Of a stretch of DNA of 64,000 bases, positions 39,982-49,598 are shown piece after piece. The stretch lies in contig CAWFSF010000003.1 in assembly GCA_963818475.1 (NCBI GenBank), positions 64,001-128,000 of the forward strand. Direction: 5' to 3'. A model generated the notes under the pieces. That model worked only from the letters and a program-made list of their open reading frames with translations, did no database searches and had not been told where the DNA came from. How positions within the stretch are numbered: the stretch's first letter is position 1; each line of letters begins with the position of its first letter. This DNA comes from Nitrospirota bacterium. Its GTDB lineage: Bacteria > Nitrospirota > UBA9217. A program made the translations under genes and the position numbers.

Positions 39982-40755
39982 ATGAGCGAGACAATGCCAC
40001 AGAGCACGCCGAAGGATAGGGGCTCGCAGCAACAGATCGTCATGGTCGTGGATGCCCGGCCCCTCCGGCAATTCTATACCAGCATCTTCCTGCAGCGGCT
40101 CAAGTACCAGGTCATCATGGCCAGGACAGCGGAGGACGCCCTGCTCTTCCTGGGGCTGACCGTTCCGCTGATCATCATCGCCAATTACGACCTTCCTCAG
40201 ATAACCGGGCTTGAGCTCCTGAAGCGGGTAAAGCACGACCGCCGGACGCGAAGCGTCCCGTTCATCGTCTACACGTCCAATCGGTCGCCGGAGGTCCGGC
40301 AGGCCTGCGAAGAAGCCGGGTGCTCCGCGTTCCTGCGCCATCCCTGCAGCCTCGAAGAGCTGTATGCAGCGGTCCAGAGGTCCACCCAGGCGAAGCCCCG
40401 TCGCTTCGTCCGTCTTACCACCGCCCTGAACGTGGTCGTGGGGAATGAGCGGACCGCGGACCGCGCACCCAACGAAATCATTACCGCCATCTCGGAACAG
40501 GGGATGTTCGTGAGTACCGCTGTCCCCCTCGCGCTCGGCAAGATACTTCCCTTCACCTTTTACCTGCCGAACGCGCCGGGCTGGATCATCCGGGTCGAGG
40601 GGCAGGTCCTGTTCTGCAACTTCGGCGCGAACAAAGCCAAGATCCCGGGCATGGCCGTGAAGTTTCTGAAGATCGGCGATCATGAGCAGTTGCTCGTGCG
40701 GGAGTTCATCAAGCAGGAGCTGATGGAAGGGATCGTAACCCCTGAGAGCGCATAG
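39982..40755 (+). CDS. Atypical receiver domain fused to PilZ domain
   Basis: REC-like N-terminus lacking canonical Asp; RRFVR...ISEQG...GMAVKF. Confidence 0.82.
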   Translation: MSETMPQSTPKDRGSQQQIVMVVDARPLRQFYTSIFLQRLKYQVIMARTAEDALLFLGLTVPLIIIANYDLPQITGLELLKRVKHDRRTRSVPFIVYTSNRSPEVRQACEEAGCSAFLRHPCSLEELYAAVQRSTQAKPRRFVRLTTALNVVVGNERTADRAPNEIITAISEQGMFVSTAVPLALGKILPFTFYLPNAPGWIIRVEGQVLFCNFGANKAKIPGMAVKFLKIGDHEQLLVREFIKQELMEGIVTPESA

Positions 40756-40827
40756 CACGGAGTGATAAGTTTCTTCTTGTCATGCTGCCTCGAAGCTGCT
40801 CGGAAGGTGTCATCAACAAAGATTCAT

Positions 40828-41889
40828 TCACTTGCGCGTCTTGAAGTTCCAGGAGTAATCCTTCGGCATCGCGTTGCCTGCCAGGTCCCTCACCCCGGCG
40901 CTCACGCGTGCCGTGTACTGCGTATCTTTCTTAAGAGCGCTGGACGGCGTGAAGATTGCCGTGGCACCGCTGTAACTCATCGTGGTGGCCTTCTCCTCCT
41001 CCTTGCCTGCACTGAGCGTAAATACGATGGTTGTCCGGTCCACCGGCTCGCTGAACGTCACGCTGGGGGCTATGTCCACTGCCACGCGCGTGGCTCCTGC
41101 CGCAGGAGTAGTGGCCGTGACAATGGGTGGGGTGATGTCCTCCTCCGATCCGGCAATGGTCGAAAAGCTCCAGGAGTAATCCTTCGGCATCGCGTTGCCT
41201 GCCAGGTCCCGTACCCCTGCGCTCACGGCCGCCGTGTATTGGGTGCCGTATGCCAGGATATTCAACGGAGTGCAGATAGCGGTCGTGCCGCTGTAGCTCA
41301 TCGAGCAGGGAACGGTGGCGCCGCCTGCGCTGAGCGTAAATACGATGGTTGTCGGGTCCACCGGCTCGCTTAAGGTAATAATAAGGGGAGCATTCAGCTG
41401 AACATTGACACTCCCGTTTTCAGGAGTGGTGTCAGCTACGCTGGGAGGTGTCGTGTCCGATGCCGCCGTCCCCGTGCTGAATGAACTGAGGTAGGGAGCG
41501 GCCATGGGAATCCCGTACGAATCCATTACGCTGCTGTCGACGGTGATTTTATAGAGAGTCGCCGGGTTCAGCATGGACGACGGCGTGAAGACAGCAGTGG
41601 AGACACCGGCGCTGTCCTGGTACGTGATCGCTCCCGGGACACTGTTTAGGCCGGTAGTAAGCGCGATCGTTTGATCATTGATGGTTGAGGCATCCATCGC
41701 TTTGCTGAACTGTATCATGATGCCATTACTCAGGTTGACCGGGACATTCACCGATCCGTTCGCAGGAACGGTGGAGTTCACCTGCGGCGGTGTCTTGTCT
41801 GGAGGGGGAAGTGGTCCCTCGCGGCCGCAGACTGCGGTCAATGATGCCACGACGAGAACAACCGCTAACAGAATTAACGATTTTTTCAT
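40828..41889 (-). CDS. Lipoprotein-like surface protein with three Big_5/SbsA Ig-like domains
   Basis: D.TPP.V..T.P, FSEPVD, DLAGNAM...YSWSF repeats. Confidence 0.88.
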   Translation of the reverse strand: MKKSLILLAVVLVVASLTAVCGREGPLPPPDKTPPQVNSTVPANGSVNVPVNLSNGIMIQFSKAMDASTINDQTIALTTGLNSVPGAITYQDSAGVSTAVFTPSSMLNPATLYKITVDSSVMDSYGIPMAAPYLSSFSTGTAASDTTPPSVADTTPENGSVNVQLNAPLIITLSEPVDPTTIVFTLSAGGATVPCSMSYSGTTAICTPLNILAYGTQYTAAVSAGVRDLAGNAMPKDYSWSFSTIAGSEEDITPPIVTATTPAAGATRVAVDIAPSVTFSEPVDRTTIVFTLSAGKEEEKATTMSYSGATAIFTPSSALKKDTQYTARVSAGVRDLAGNAMPKDYSWNFKTRK

Positions 41890-42231
41890 ACCCTTCACTC
41901 TTTTTACCCATGACGGGGGAGGCATTATCAATTGACCTGCATCGGATCAAGAGAAAAGTTCTCGTCTAAGCAGCTACTTACCTAATACCTAGCGCGCAGC
42001 GAACGTAAAGTAAAGTTTCCGAAATGGCATAAAGAGGGAATTCTTTCATTTTCATCCTCTCCATTGCTACATTGGTACTATGACTCAGCCGGACAGCGAA
42101 TCCAAAAAACGACCGTCTTTCCGGGTTGACGTTTTTACTGGAAAAAGGATTTTTTTTATCCGGTTTAAAAAAATAGTGCTATACTCGAACCAAAGAGGTT
42201 GCAAAAGTTGCAAGAAAAGAGGTGACTTGAA

Positions 42232-42642
42232 ATGAAAAAAATTTTATCGATGGTGGCCGTAGTAGGGTTCGTTCTTGCTTTCGGAATGGCCTATGCTGAT
42301 TCCCTGTTGGACACGCTTGATCCGAGCAAAGTTCCCGGCTATGTGGAACTGGAGACCGGGGCGGTTACCCTGCCTGCGTCACACCCGTTTATCATGGAAC
42401 GGGGGTCAGCGGCAGGCGGCATCAGCATGGAGCCTGACACGTTCCTGAACTATATCGACCCGAGCGGGCTTCGCGGTTATATTGATCGGGAGACCGGGGT
42501 GGTCAACGGAGGGCACGTGATATTTACCGCACGAGGGTCGGCGGCAGGCGGCATCGGCATGGAGCCTGACACATTCCTGAACTATATCGACCCGAGCAGG
42601 CTTCCTGGTTTTGTTGACCTGGAGACGGGAGTTGTTAACTGA
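42232..42642 (+). CDS. Secreted small protein with ~44-aa internal repeats (RGSAAGG)
   Basis: Signal peptide ..AYA; DTFLNYIDPS...ETG repeats; RBS GAGGT. Confidence 0.8.
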   Translation: MKKILSMVAVVGFVLAFGMAYADSLLDTLDPSKVPGYVELETGAVTLPASHPFIMERGSAAGGISMEPDTFLNYIDPSGLRGYIDRETGVVNGGHVIFTARGSAAGGIGMEPDTFLNYIDPSRLPGFVDLETGVVN

Positions 42643-42671
42643 CGGGGAGAAGTTTCACCGGCTAGAGTATG

Positions 42672-42702
42672 AGGCCTGCCAGAGCTGGCAGGCCCTTTTT
42701 TT
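42672..42702 (+). terminator. Rho-independent terminator
   Basis: GGCCTGCCAG-AG-CTGGCAGGCC-CTTTTTTT. Confidence 0.85.
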
Positions 42703-42767
42703 GTGTTTACCCTTGACCCGGTTGCGGGAATGGCAAATTTTTCCTGCTGTATTTTTTTACATTCCGC

Positions 42768-43166
42768 TCAGGGGGTTTTCCTCTTTTTGAAATCGTTCAT
42801 CGAAACGACCTGCGCGGCATCCGTTTCGGGCGATGCCGCCGGTTCGCGGCTGCTGTCGCTTCTCATAAACTGCACGCCTGCTTCCTGGGAAAACACGCCG
42901 ACCAGATCATCGTGATGAATGTACACCTCTTCTTTGCGTGCGCCAAAGGCGAGGATGCAGGTGAGATTTCCCTCGGCATCCCAGTCCAGCGCGGCATTGG
43001 TTTTGTCGTTGAAGACCAGGATCAGCCCTCGCTGCATCTCTTCTTCTGTAAAGCCGCGCTTGCCGATACTGGTCCTGCTCGAATGCTTCACGAGGAGATA
43101 GACGCTTCCAAAATCGTTCCAGATATCGTAAAACAACTTCTGCAGATACGCTACTTGTTTCTTCAT
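42768..43166 (-). CDS. Hypothetical protein, SspB-like fold suspected
   Basis: LILVFN...LAFG...I...LVGVFS and C-terminal VVSMNDFKKRK. Confidence 0.65.
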   Translation of the reverse strand: MKKQVAYLQKLFYDIWNDFGSVYLLVKHSSRTSIGKRGFTEEEMQRGLILVFNDKTNAALDWDAEGNLTCILAFGARKEEVYIHHDDLVGVFSQEAGVQFMRSDSSREPAASPETDAAQVVSMNDFKKRKTP

Positions 43167-43244
43167 GATAATTGCCGCCCTCTCCAAACGAAGGGAGTCA
43201 CTCTCCGTGGATGATGCAGGTTGCACAAAAAAAGACGCCGCGTG

Positions 43245-43769
43245 CTACGAGTCCAGACCCCCCCTGACAAATGTGCTCTGCTGAACCGAATGCTCCAGAA
43301 CGGCAATTCGTTTTCCATTCAGGTCCAGCATCGATTGTATATTACTGCCTTTGAGAGCATAGACCTGCGACCAGGAGGACAGGACCGGGACCTCGTGAAA
43401 AGAGTACATCTTTTCCCGGTCCGTCGTATACGCCACATCCGGCATGAGGTCGATCTCCCCTTTTGCCAGGCGGTCCAGTCCCTCCGCCCAGGTGCCGGAT
43501 ACATAGCGCAGCTCCCACCCTTCGCTTTTCGCTATGTGCTCGATGATATCGATAAAGATGCCTGAGGCTTTGCCGGATCCGGAGGTGAAGACCTTCGGGG
43601 CGTTTTCATAGACGCCGACGGTCACGGTCCTGACATCGGCCCCAGCGGGAGTGGCTGCAAAAAATGAAAGGATCAGCAGGACAAAAAAGGTGAAAGAAAG
43701 ATCGGTATGCGGGAAGGAAACAGGGAGCTGGAAAAAGGGGAGGCCCGTTCTGTGGTTACTGATCCCCAT
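43245..43769 (-). pseudogene. Truncated periplasmic binding (SBP family 3) domain, probably the N-terminus of a sensor protein
   Basis: VGVYENAP, GIFIDII, GEIDL, DLNGKRIAV, then ends abruptly. Confidence 0.7.
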
Positions 43770-44131
43770 GCGAGGTCCTCTCAGCCGAAGCAGTCATAGC
43801 GCAGGCCGGCTGCAAAGCCGGCATCCAGGGAAAGCTCAGAAATGAGTTCGGTTTTTGATATGTCCGTTCGCCGGTCCATGGTCGTATCCGGAGGTCCTTT
43901 GAACAGGATCAGCCTGTGAGTAAAACGCCGATCTGAACAAGGAACCTCGTATCCTGGTTCTAAGAATATACCAGAAAGTCGATCACATGCAATCGAAAAT
44001 GTTCCCCCGGCAATCGTGACAGGTGCGACTCGGAAACAAAGCGGCCAATTCCGATCGCTGTTTTTATGACCCTTGAGCGTTTTCGAATTTTTTAACGTAG
44101 TAAGTCTAAAATAAAACACAACTTCCCCGGG

Positions 44132-44581
44132 TCACCCCCGTCGCTTCAATGTCAGGTCGATCATCGCGGAACGGTGCAGCGCGCGGGACCTGCGTTGAGT
44201 CCTGCCCTCCAGGCTCATCGGCCCCGAGCCGAAATAAGCGATCAGGAAGGCTGCGCCGAGCAGGGAGAGGTTCTTCATGAAATCGACCTGTTGGAACGCG
44301 GCCGCGGCCGGATCGGCGATATTCCAGAAGTTATGGTTCAGCAGGGTCACCGGCGCGAGAAAAATAACGATGAGCATGGCGCCTTCTTTTGCCTTATACC
44401 CGACGAGGATGCACACTGCTCCCAGCAGCGAGATGATTCCCGCCAGCGGGACAGAGACCCAGGCCATGGGAACGCCCTGGTTCGCTGCATACTGGATCGT
44501 GCTTTGGGTGAAATGACCGGGTACGGAGAGCAGAAACACCGCGGCATAAAGAATCCTTCCGAGCAGAACCAGCAGGTTCAT
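44132..44581 (-). CDS. DoxX family membrane protein
   Basis: LLGRIL, HNFW, FMKNLSLLG, GSGPMSL. Confidence 0.9.
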   Translation of the reverse strand: MNLLVLLGRILYAAVFLLSVPGHFTQSTIQYAANQGVPMAWVSVPLAGIISLLGAVCILVGYKAKEGAMLIVIFLAPVTLLNHNFWNIADPAAAAFQQVDFMKNLSLLGAAFLIAYFGSGPMSLEGRTQRRSRALHRSAMIDLTLKRRG

Positions 44582-45004
44582 AGCTTATTCCTCCTTATTT
44601 AAAAGGACATGGTGATCACGCGGGCACCAGCAGGCATCGCGGAGCGTCACTGATAGATTACGCTCATTCTTTTTTTTCTGCAGCTAAAATTCTCTCTCCT
44701 TTCAGCACGAACCTTTTTTATGTTCCCCGCAAGTTTTCGACGTCTAGGGTCGAAGAGGCTGCGCCCCAAATTCATTATGATGCTCCTCACAGCCTTATTG
44801 ATCCGCTCGAGAACGCGGCACGTCAGTACCTTAAGAAGGATGGATAGGGGCTCGCGTTTTTTTGGGGTCAATAAAAGAAGGGGCTTCCGGGTTTGGTGTG
44901 GGTGATTTTTACCTGGTTTTAACTCAGTTGGTCAGAGATGAAGTGCATTCCGCGAGTATAGGTCCGCTCCGGAGACGTGCGGGGTTTACGATGCACGATA
45001 AGGA

Positions 45005-45745
45005 TCATTTCCTGGTCGAGAAGCTCAAGAAGAAATCAGTTGCCATCGCATTGCCTGTCAGGTCCATCACCCCGGCGCTCAGCCGGGCCGAGTACCGCGT
45101 ACCTTTCTTAAGATCGCTGTACGGCGTGAAGGTGGCCGTGGTTCCGCTGTAACTCATGGTACAGGGAGTGGTCTCGCTGCCTGCAGTGAGCGTGAATACT
45201 ATGGTTGCCGGGTCCACCGGCTCGCTAAAGGTAATACTGATGGTAGCATTCGGCAGAACGACACTCCCGTTTTCAGGCATGGTGTCTATTACGCCGGGAG
45301 GTGTCGTGTCCGGCGCCGCTCCGGTGCTAAATGAACTGATATAGGGAGCGGCCATGGGAATCCCGTACGAATCCATTACGCTGCTGTCGACGGTGATTTT
45401 ATAGAGAGTCGCCGGGATCAGTATGGACGACGGCGTGAAGACAGCAGTGGAGACACCGGCGCTGTCCTGATAGGTGATCGCTCCCGGGACGCTGTTTAGG
45501 CCGGTAGTAAGCGTGATCGTTTGACCATTGATGGTTGAGGCATCCATTACTTCGCTGAACAGTATCGTGATGCCATCACTCTCATTCAGGTTGATCGGGA
45601 CACCCACCGATCCGTTTGCAGGAATGGTCGAGTTCACCCGGGGCGGTGTCTCGTCTGGAGGCGGAAGCGGTCCCTCCCGGCCGCAGACTGCGGTCAATGA
45701 TGCCACGGCGAGAACAACCGCTAAGAGCAGTGACGATTTTTTCAA
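45005..45745 (-). CDS. Paralogous surface protein with two Big_5/SbsA Ig-like domains
   Basis: High DNA identity with 40828-41889. Confidence 0.88.
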   Translation of the reverse strand: MKKSSLLLAVVLAVASLTAVCGREGPLPPPDETPPRVNSTIPANGSVGVPINLNESDGITILFSEVMDASTINGQTITLTTGLNSVPGAITYQDSAGVSTAVFTPSSILIPATLYKITVDSSVMDSYGIPMAAPYISSFSTGAAPDTTPPGVIDTMPENGSVVLPNATISITFSEPVDPATIVFTLTAGSETTPCTMSYSGTTATFTPYSDLKKGTRYSARLSAGVMDLTGNAMATDFFLSFSTRK

Positions 45746-46000
45746 TGCCAGAACTCCTTCAGACTCCAGCATGCCGCTGGAAAATTAACGTAACAGAGAA
45801 ATACAGTCTTTCAGGATTAGTTCACTTTTTGGATTTCCACATCTACTACCTAATACCTAGCGCAGGCCGGGCGTAAAGTAAAGTTGCCGGAAGGCGTAAA
45901 GATTGAATTTTTCCATTTTCATCCTCTCCAGTGCTACATTGGTATTATGAGTCAGTGGAGAAGTCTGACTGCAGTGATGATCTGAAACAAGTCGCAGCAC

Positions 46001-46993
46001 TCAGCGGCTCTGCTTGCTGTCTATGACGACCAGCCGGTCGCTCCCCGATTCCGCGCCCCAGACCTCTCCCGGCCGTCCCAGAAGCTGGCGCACGTTCGCG
46101 CCTTTGCGGTCACTCGGAAAGCCGGTAAATTTTCCGGTCTTCAGCTCAAAGCGCACAATGGCGTTCGCTCCGAAATCCGTCAACCAGACATCGTCCCGCT
46201 CATCCACATACACAGCGTAAGCGCGGGGAGATCCGCCCGGCAGTTTCCAGCCCTGCCACTCCCTGCTTTCCGGATCATAGACGCTCACCTGTCCCGAGTT
46301 CCATTCGCTTACCCAGATCCTTCCCTTCGAATCAGACCAGACGCGGCGGGCACCCTGGTCCGGAGTGGGCGGCTGGATCACGACGGCCCTGCCCGTTGCA
46401 CTATCGATCCGTGCGATGTGGCTGCCGGCGAGAGAGGCATAATAAACGTCCCCGCGCAACGTCGCGGCGATGCCATAGGGGCCCCGGCCGCGGGGAGCAT
46501 CGAACACCTGCATGCCCCCTGTTTTCGGATCAAACCGACCGTACACGCCGCTCTGGCCGGTGAACCAGAGGATGCCGTTCTTGTCGAATGCCGCGGTGTT
46601 CAGGTTTGCGTGTGCTTTGTTTTCGGGCAGCGGAAAGACCTTGATCGCTTTTGTTTTCGGATCGACGCGCACGATGGCGTTGAGGCCGCTGTCCGTCACC
46701 CATGCCGCGCCGTCAGGACCGACGATCACCCCGTGGGGCGCAGACCCGCTGCCAAGGGGGACTTCCTCGACCTTGCCTGTCGTGGGATCAAGCCTGCCGA
46801 GCGAAGCCCGGGCCTGGGCAGTGTACCAGACCGTTCCATCAGGCGCCGGAGCAACATCATGGGGCTGGGAGCCCCGGGGGACAGAGTAATAGCGGACCTC
46901 CTGCGCGCTGGAAGCTGCACTGAATGTTGTCAGGGCCAGAAACGCGGAAAGAGAGAAGATCGATTTTGCTCGTGTATTCCTGGAGTACAGCAT
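46001..46993 (-). CDS. Virginiamycin B lyase (Vgb)-family beta-propeller, exported
   Basis: PHDVAPAPDGTVWYTAQ, GPYGI, GARRVWSDS, VRQLLG. Confidence 0.85.
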   Translation of the reverse strand: MLYSRNTRAKSIFSLSAFLALTTFSAASSAQEVRYYSVPRGSQPHDVAPAPDGTVWYTAQARASLGRLDPTTGKVEEVPLGSGSAPHGVIVGPDGAAWVTDSGLNAIVRVDPKTKAIKVFPLPENKAHANLNTAAFDKNGILWFTGQSGVYGRFDPKTGGMQVFDAPRGRGPYGIAATLRGDVYYASLAGSHIARIDSATGRAVVIQPPTPDQGARRVWSDSKGRIWVSEWNSGQVSVYDPESREWQGWKLPGGSPRAYAVYVDERDDVWLTDFGANAIVRFELKTGKFTGFPSDRKGANVRQLLGRPGEVWGAESGSDRLVVIDSKQSR

Positions 46994-47117
46994 GACACCC
47001 TCCTTTCCGAAGCATCAGTTTCATCCCTGGACAGAGACAAAGAGAAACCAGCCGAGTTAGGTCAGTACTCCCTGCAATGGTTCTAAGCTGTTTTTGGTTC
47101 GGGTGACAGATTCTCTG

Positions 47118-47738
47118 TCAGAATCCGATGCCGACCGTCAATGCCAGGAACAGGTAGTACTCAACTTCGGTATCCTGGTTGCATGAAGTTCCGACCCGGG
47201 ACGCGGGAGCGGTATATTCGCACGAGGTGGACGAAAAGAATTTACCGATATTGAGCGCGGGCATGATTGAGACAGACGAGGAGCCGATCGGGAAGCGTGC
47301 GCCGATATCCACATTCGCTCTGAGGGAATCGGTGTCTCCTGTGCCCCGAAACTCGTCCGACCTTCCCTTGTTCTGGGTGAACGTCCAGTCCGAGCTCCAG
47401 TATCCCAATGTTCCGCCGATGAAGAGCCCCTGCATGCCGCCGGAGGGATAGTAACGCGCGCCAATGTCGGCGCCCTTCGGCCTTCCTTCTTCAAGCAATA
47501 CACTATCGTCGGACTTGTAGACAACCTCGCTGGCCCGTCCCAGGAACGCGATCTTCGAGCCGAGCATATGTTCGTACTCAAGAATGTAGACAGTCGCTTT
47601 ACAGTGCGGCATGGTCTTTATCACTCCGCCAATGCCGAAATTAATGGAGTTCTCGGGTTCTGCAAATAGGGTCCCCGGGGTCATCGCCCCTGTAGCAACG
47701 GCTGCAACGAGCAGAACGATCGCCAATGGCCTCTTCAT
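47118..47738 (-). CDS. Outer-membrane beta-barrel protein
   Basis: Signal peptide, alternating beta strands, terminal VGIGF. Confidence 0.78.
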   Translation of the reverse strand: MKRPLAIVLLVAAVATGAMTPGTLFAEPENSINFGIGGVIKTMPHCKATVYILEYEHMLGSKIAFLGRASEVVYKSDDSVLLEEGRPKGADIGARYYPSGGMQGLFIGGTLGYWSSDWTFTQNKGRSDEFRGTGDTDSLRANVDIGARFPIGSSSVSIMPALNIGKFFSSTSCEYTAPASRVGTSCNQDTEVEYYLFLALTVGIGF

Positions 47739-48015
47739 GATCTTCTCCTTTCTTTTATCCTGTGTGAAGTCTGCATGTAACCAGTATAGCACTGCATGTT
47801 TCTTACATGGTTCCCATGCGGAACAAGAAAGGTGACAAGGACCACAGGTGCCAGGGGGAGATACCAGATCATCAACACGAAGGAAGTGATGCAAAGACGC
47901 AGAAGTTTGCAATGGGTGGCGGATGAAGATAACAAAAAGACACAGCGAGAAACGTGCAGTTTCTCGCCGCAAGATGACCTTTTTCGCTGAGCCGATGCCT
48001 GAGCTGCTTATGCTC

Positions 48016-48696
48016 CTAATCCTTAAAGAAACCTTTTCTCGGTTTCGGTTCCGGAGACGAGAAAAAACCTCTTCTCGGCTTCAGCTCCTCTTTTTGCACG
48101 GGCTTTTGTTCAAGTTTTTGTTCGACTTTTTGCTCGACTTTTTGTTCGGGTATTTGTTCGGGTTTTCGTTCCAACACCTGCATCCGTATCGCTTCGCCAC
48201 CGGCACGAGTGATCTGGCCTTCCATTTTTGCTCCCTTTTGTATGCAGAGCGTCTCCTTGTAGAAGATCTCCCCCGTGCCTTTCGCGGCGGATCCGAGCTC
48301 CACGTCGTTGCTCTCAAGACTGCCGGTGAACTCGCCGTTTATGTGGATCCTGTCTTTTGCCTGGATCTTGCCGCCGAGGAACTTGCCGGTCACCTTCACG
48401 TACCCTCCGGCGCTGATATTCCCTCCGCTCATTTCGCCTTCGATCTCGACGCTGCCTCCCTTGGCATCGATGTTCCCCTTGTACGTGCCTTTGATGAAGA
48501 TGCTTGCATTGTTCTCGGCAATGATATCCCCCTCGAGGTCGCCGTTCATCTGCAGGTCCTGGCTGACGACCATGTTGCCGGTAACTTTGCTTCCCTTGAA
48601 TATCGTGTTAATTCCCTGCTCGACGGTTTTATCCGCGCTCGCCGCGATATTCTTCTCTGCTACCCTGACCTCGATCATCTCTTCCTGTTTTAGCAT
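48016..48696 (-). CDS. Bactofilin (polymer-forming cytoskeletal protein), extended beta-helix
   Basis: TIFKGSKVTGN, repeated xIxGxxxGxI units, IQKGAKMEGQI. Confidence 0.88.
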   Translation of the reverse strand: MLKQEEMIEVRVAEKNIAASADKTVEQGINTIFKGSKVTGNMVVSQDLQMNGDLEGDIIAENNASIFIKGTYKGNIDAKGGSVEIEGEMSGGNISAGGYVKVTGKFLGGKIQAKDRIHINGEFTGSLESNDVELGSAAKGTGEIFYKETLCIQKGAKMEGQITRAGGEAIRMQVLERKPEQIPEQKVEQKVEQKLEQKPVQKEELKPRRGFFSSPEPKPRKGFFKD

Positions 48697-49038
48697 TTTT
48701 ACCCTCCGAGATCTGAATTTGACGGCTCCGCTGCCGTATCGCACAACCTTGCGTCACATAAGAATTCTGCCTCTCCTTTCAGAATGAGAATAGAGGAATC
48801 TGAGAGAACAATCTGTGACCAAGATCACCTATGACCGAAATGAAATTTGTCAGGCCGCACGAGTTGATTCTAAAGAGGCTCGAAAAGGAAGGGAATGGCA
48901 GAAGGGATTGAGCTGGCGAGTTGCTTCATTGACGACAGGTTTTTCAAGGACCTTGGCGGAAAGGAGCAATTACGGTGTTAAATATCATCTAGCGACAATG
49001 ATGTCATCAGTGAGATTTGATTCCAGAAGTTTTTGAAC

Positions 49039-49242
49039 CTATGAGGTTTCTTTGCGGGTAGTTGAGGCCGCTGGTGTGTCGGCAGAGAGGGATACCTGGA
49101 CTTGCTGTTGGCGGAACCGCGGGCAGAGGGCAAACCAGAGGCCTTTACAATATTCCTCCGATGAGAAAAGAGTGTGCGCGAACACATCTCTTGTAGATCT
49201 GCAGGGTTTCAAACGACTGCTTGGGAGTAGTGGGCAATCCAT
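49039..49242 (-). CDS. Small Cys-containing hypothetical protein
   Basis: Strong RBS GAGGAG; MDCP...C...YC...CPRF. Confidence 0.45.
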   Translation of the reverse strand: MDCPLLPSSRLKPCRSTRDVFAHTLFSSEEYCKGLWFALCPRFRQQQVQVSLSADTPAASTTRKETS

Positions 49243-49598
49243 ATTTTCTCCTCATAAATTTAAAACTCATCACATTTACAAGGGCTATTTCTGCATTCTT
49301 CTTGCCATTTTAATCTGTAGGAAAATTAAGTGGTTTCAGGAAGGCGCTCCGGAAATTGTGCCATTTTTCGCGAGCGGATGACATAATACGGCACTCGAAA
49401 GGAAACAACACGAGTTGTGAAGCAAGGAAAGTACACGAGAGAAAGAAAAGTCGTTTCACGCGGAGGCGCGGAGACGCGGAGAAAACCTTACGATTCGTGT
49501 TTAGCTTCTCATCAATGGATAGTGCTGTGCCTTGACAATATCCTTTAAATGGGTGACCCTACCGCCTCACCATAGTCACCTCGATCTATTTTCAATGT

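Noticed and set aside
46001-46993. Vgb as an antibiotic-resistance gene
   Set aside because: Widespread exported Vgb-like propellers have no demonstrated resistance role; cannot be supported from sequence
49120-49160. GGGCAAACC as c-di-GMP-I riboswitch
   Set aside because: Lacks the GAAA loop and GACGCAAAGC follow-on; overlaps a probable ORF
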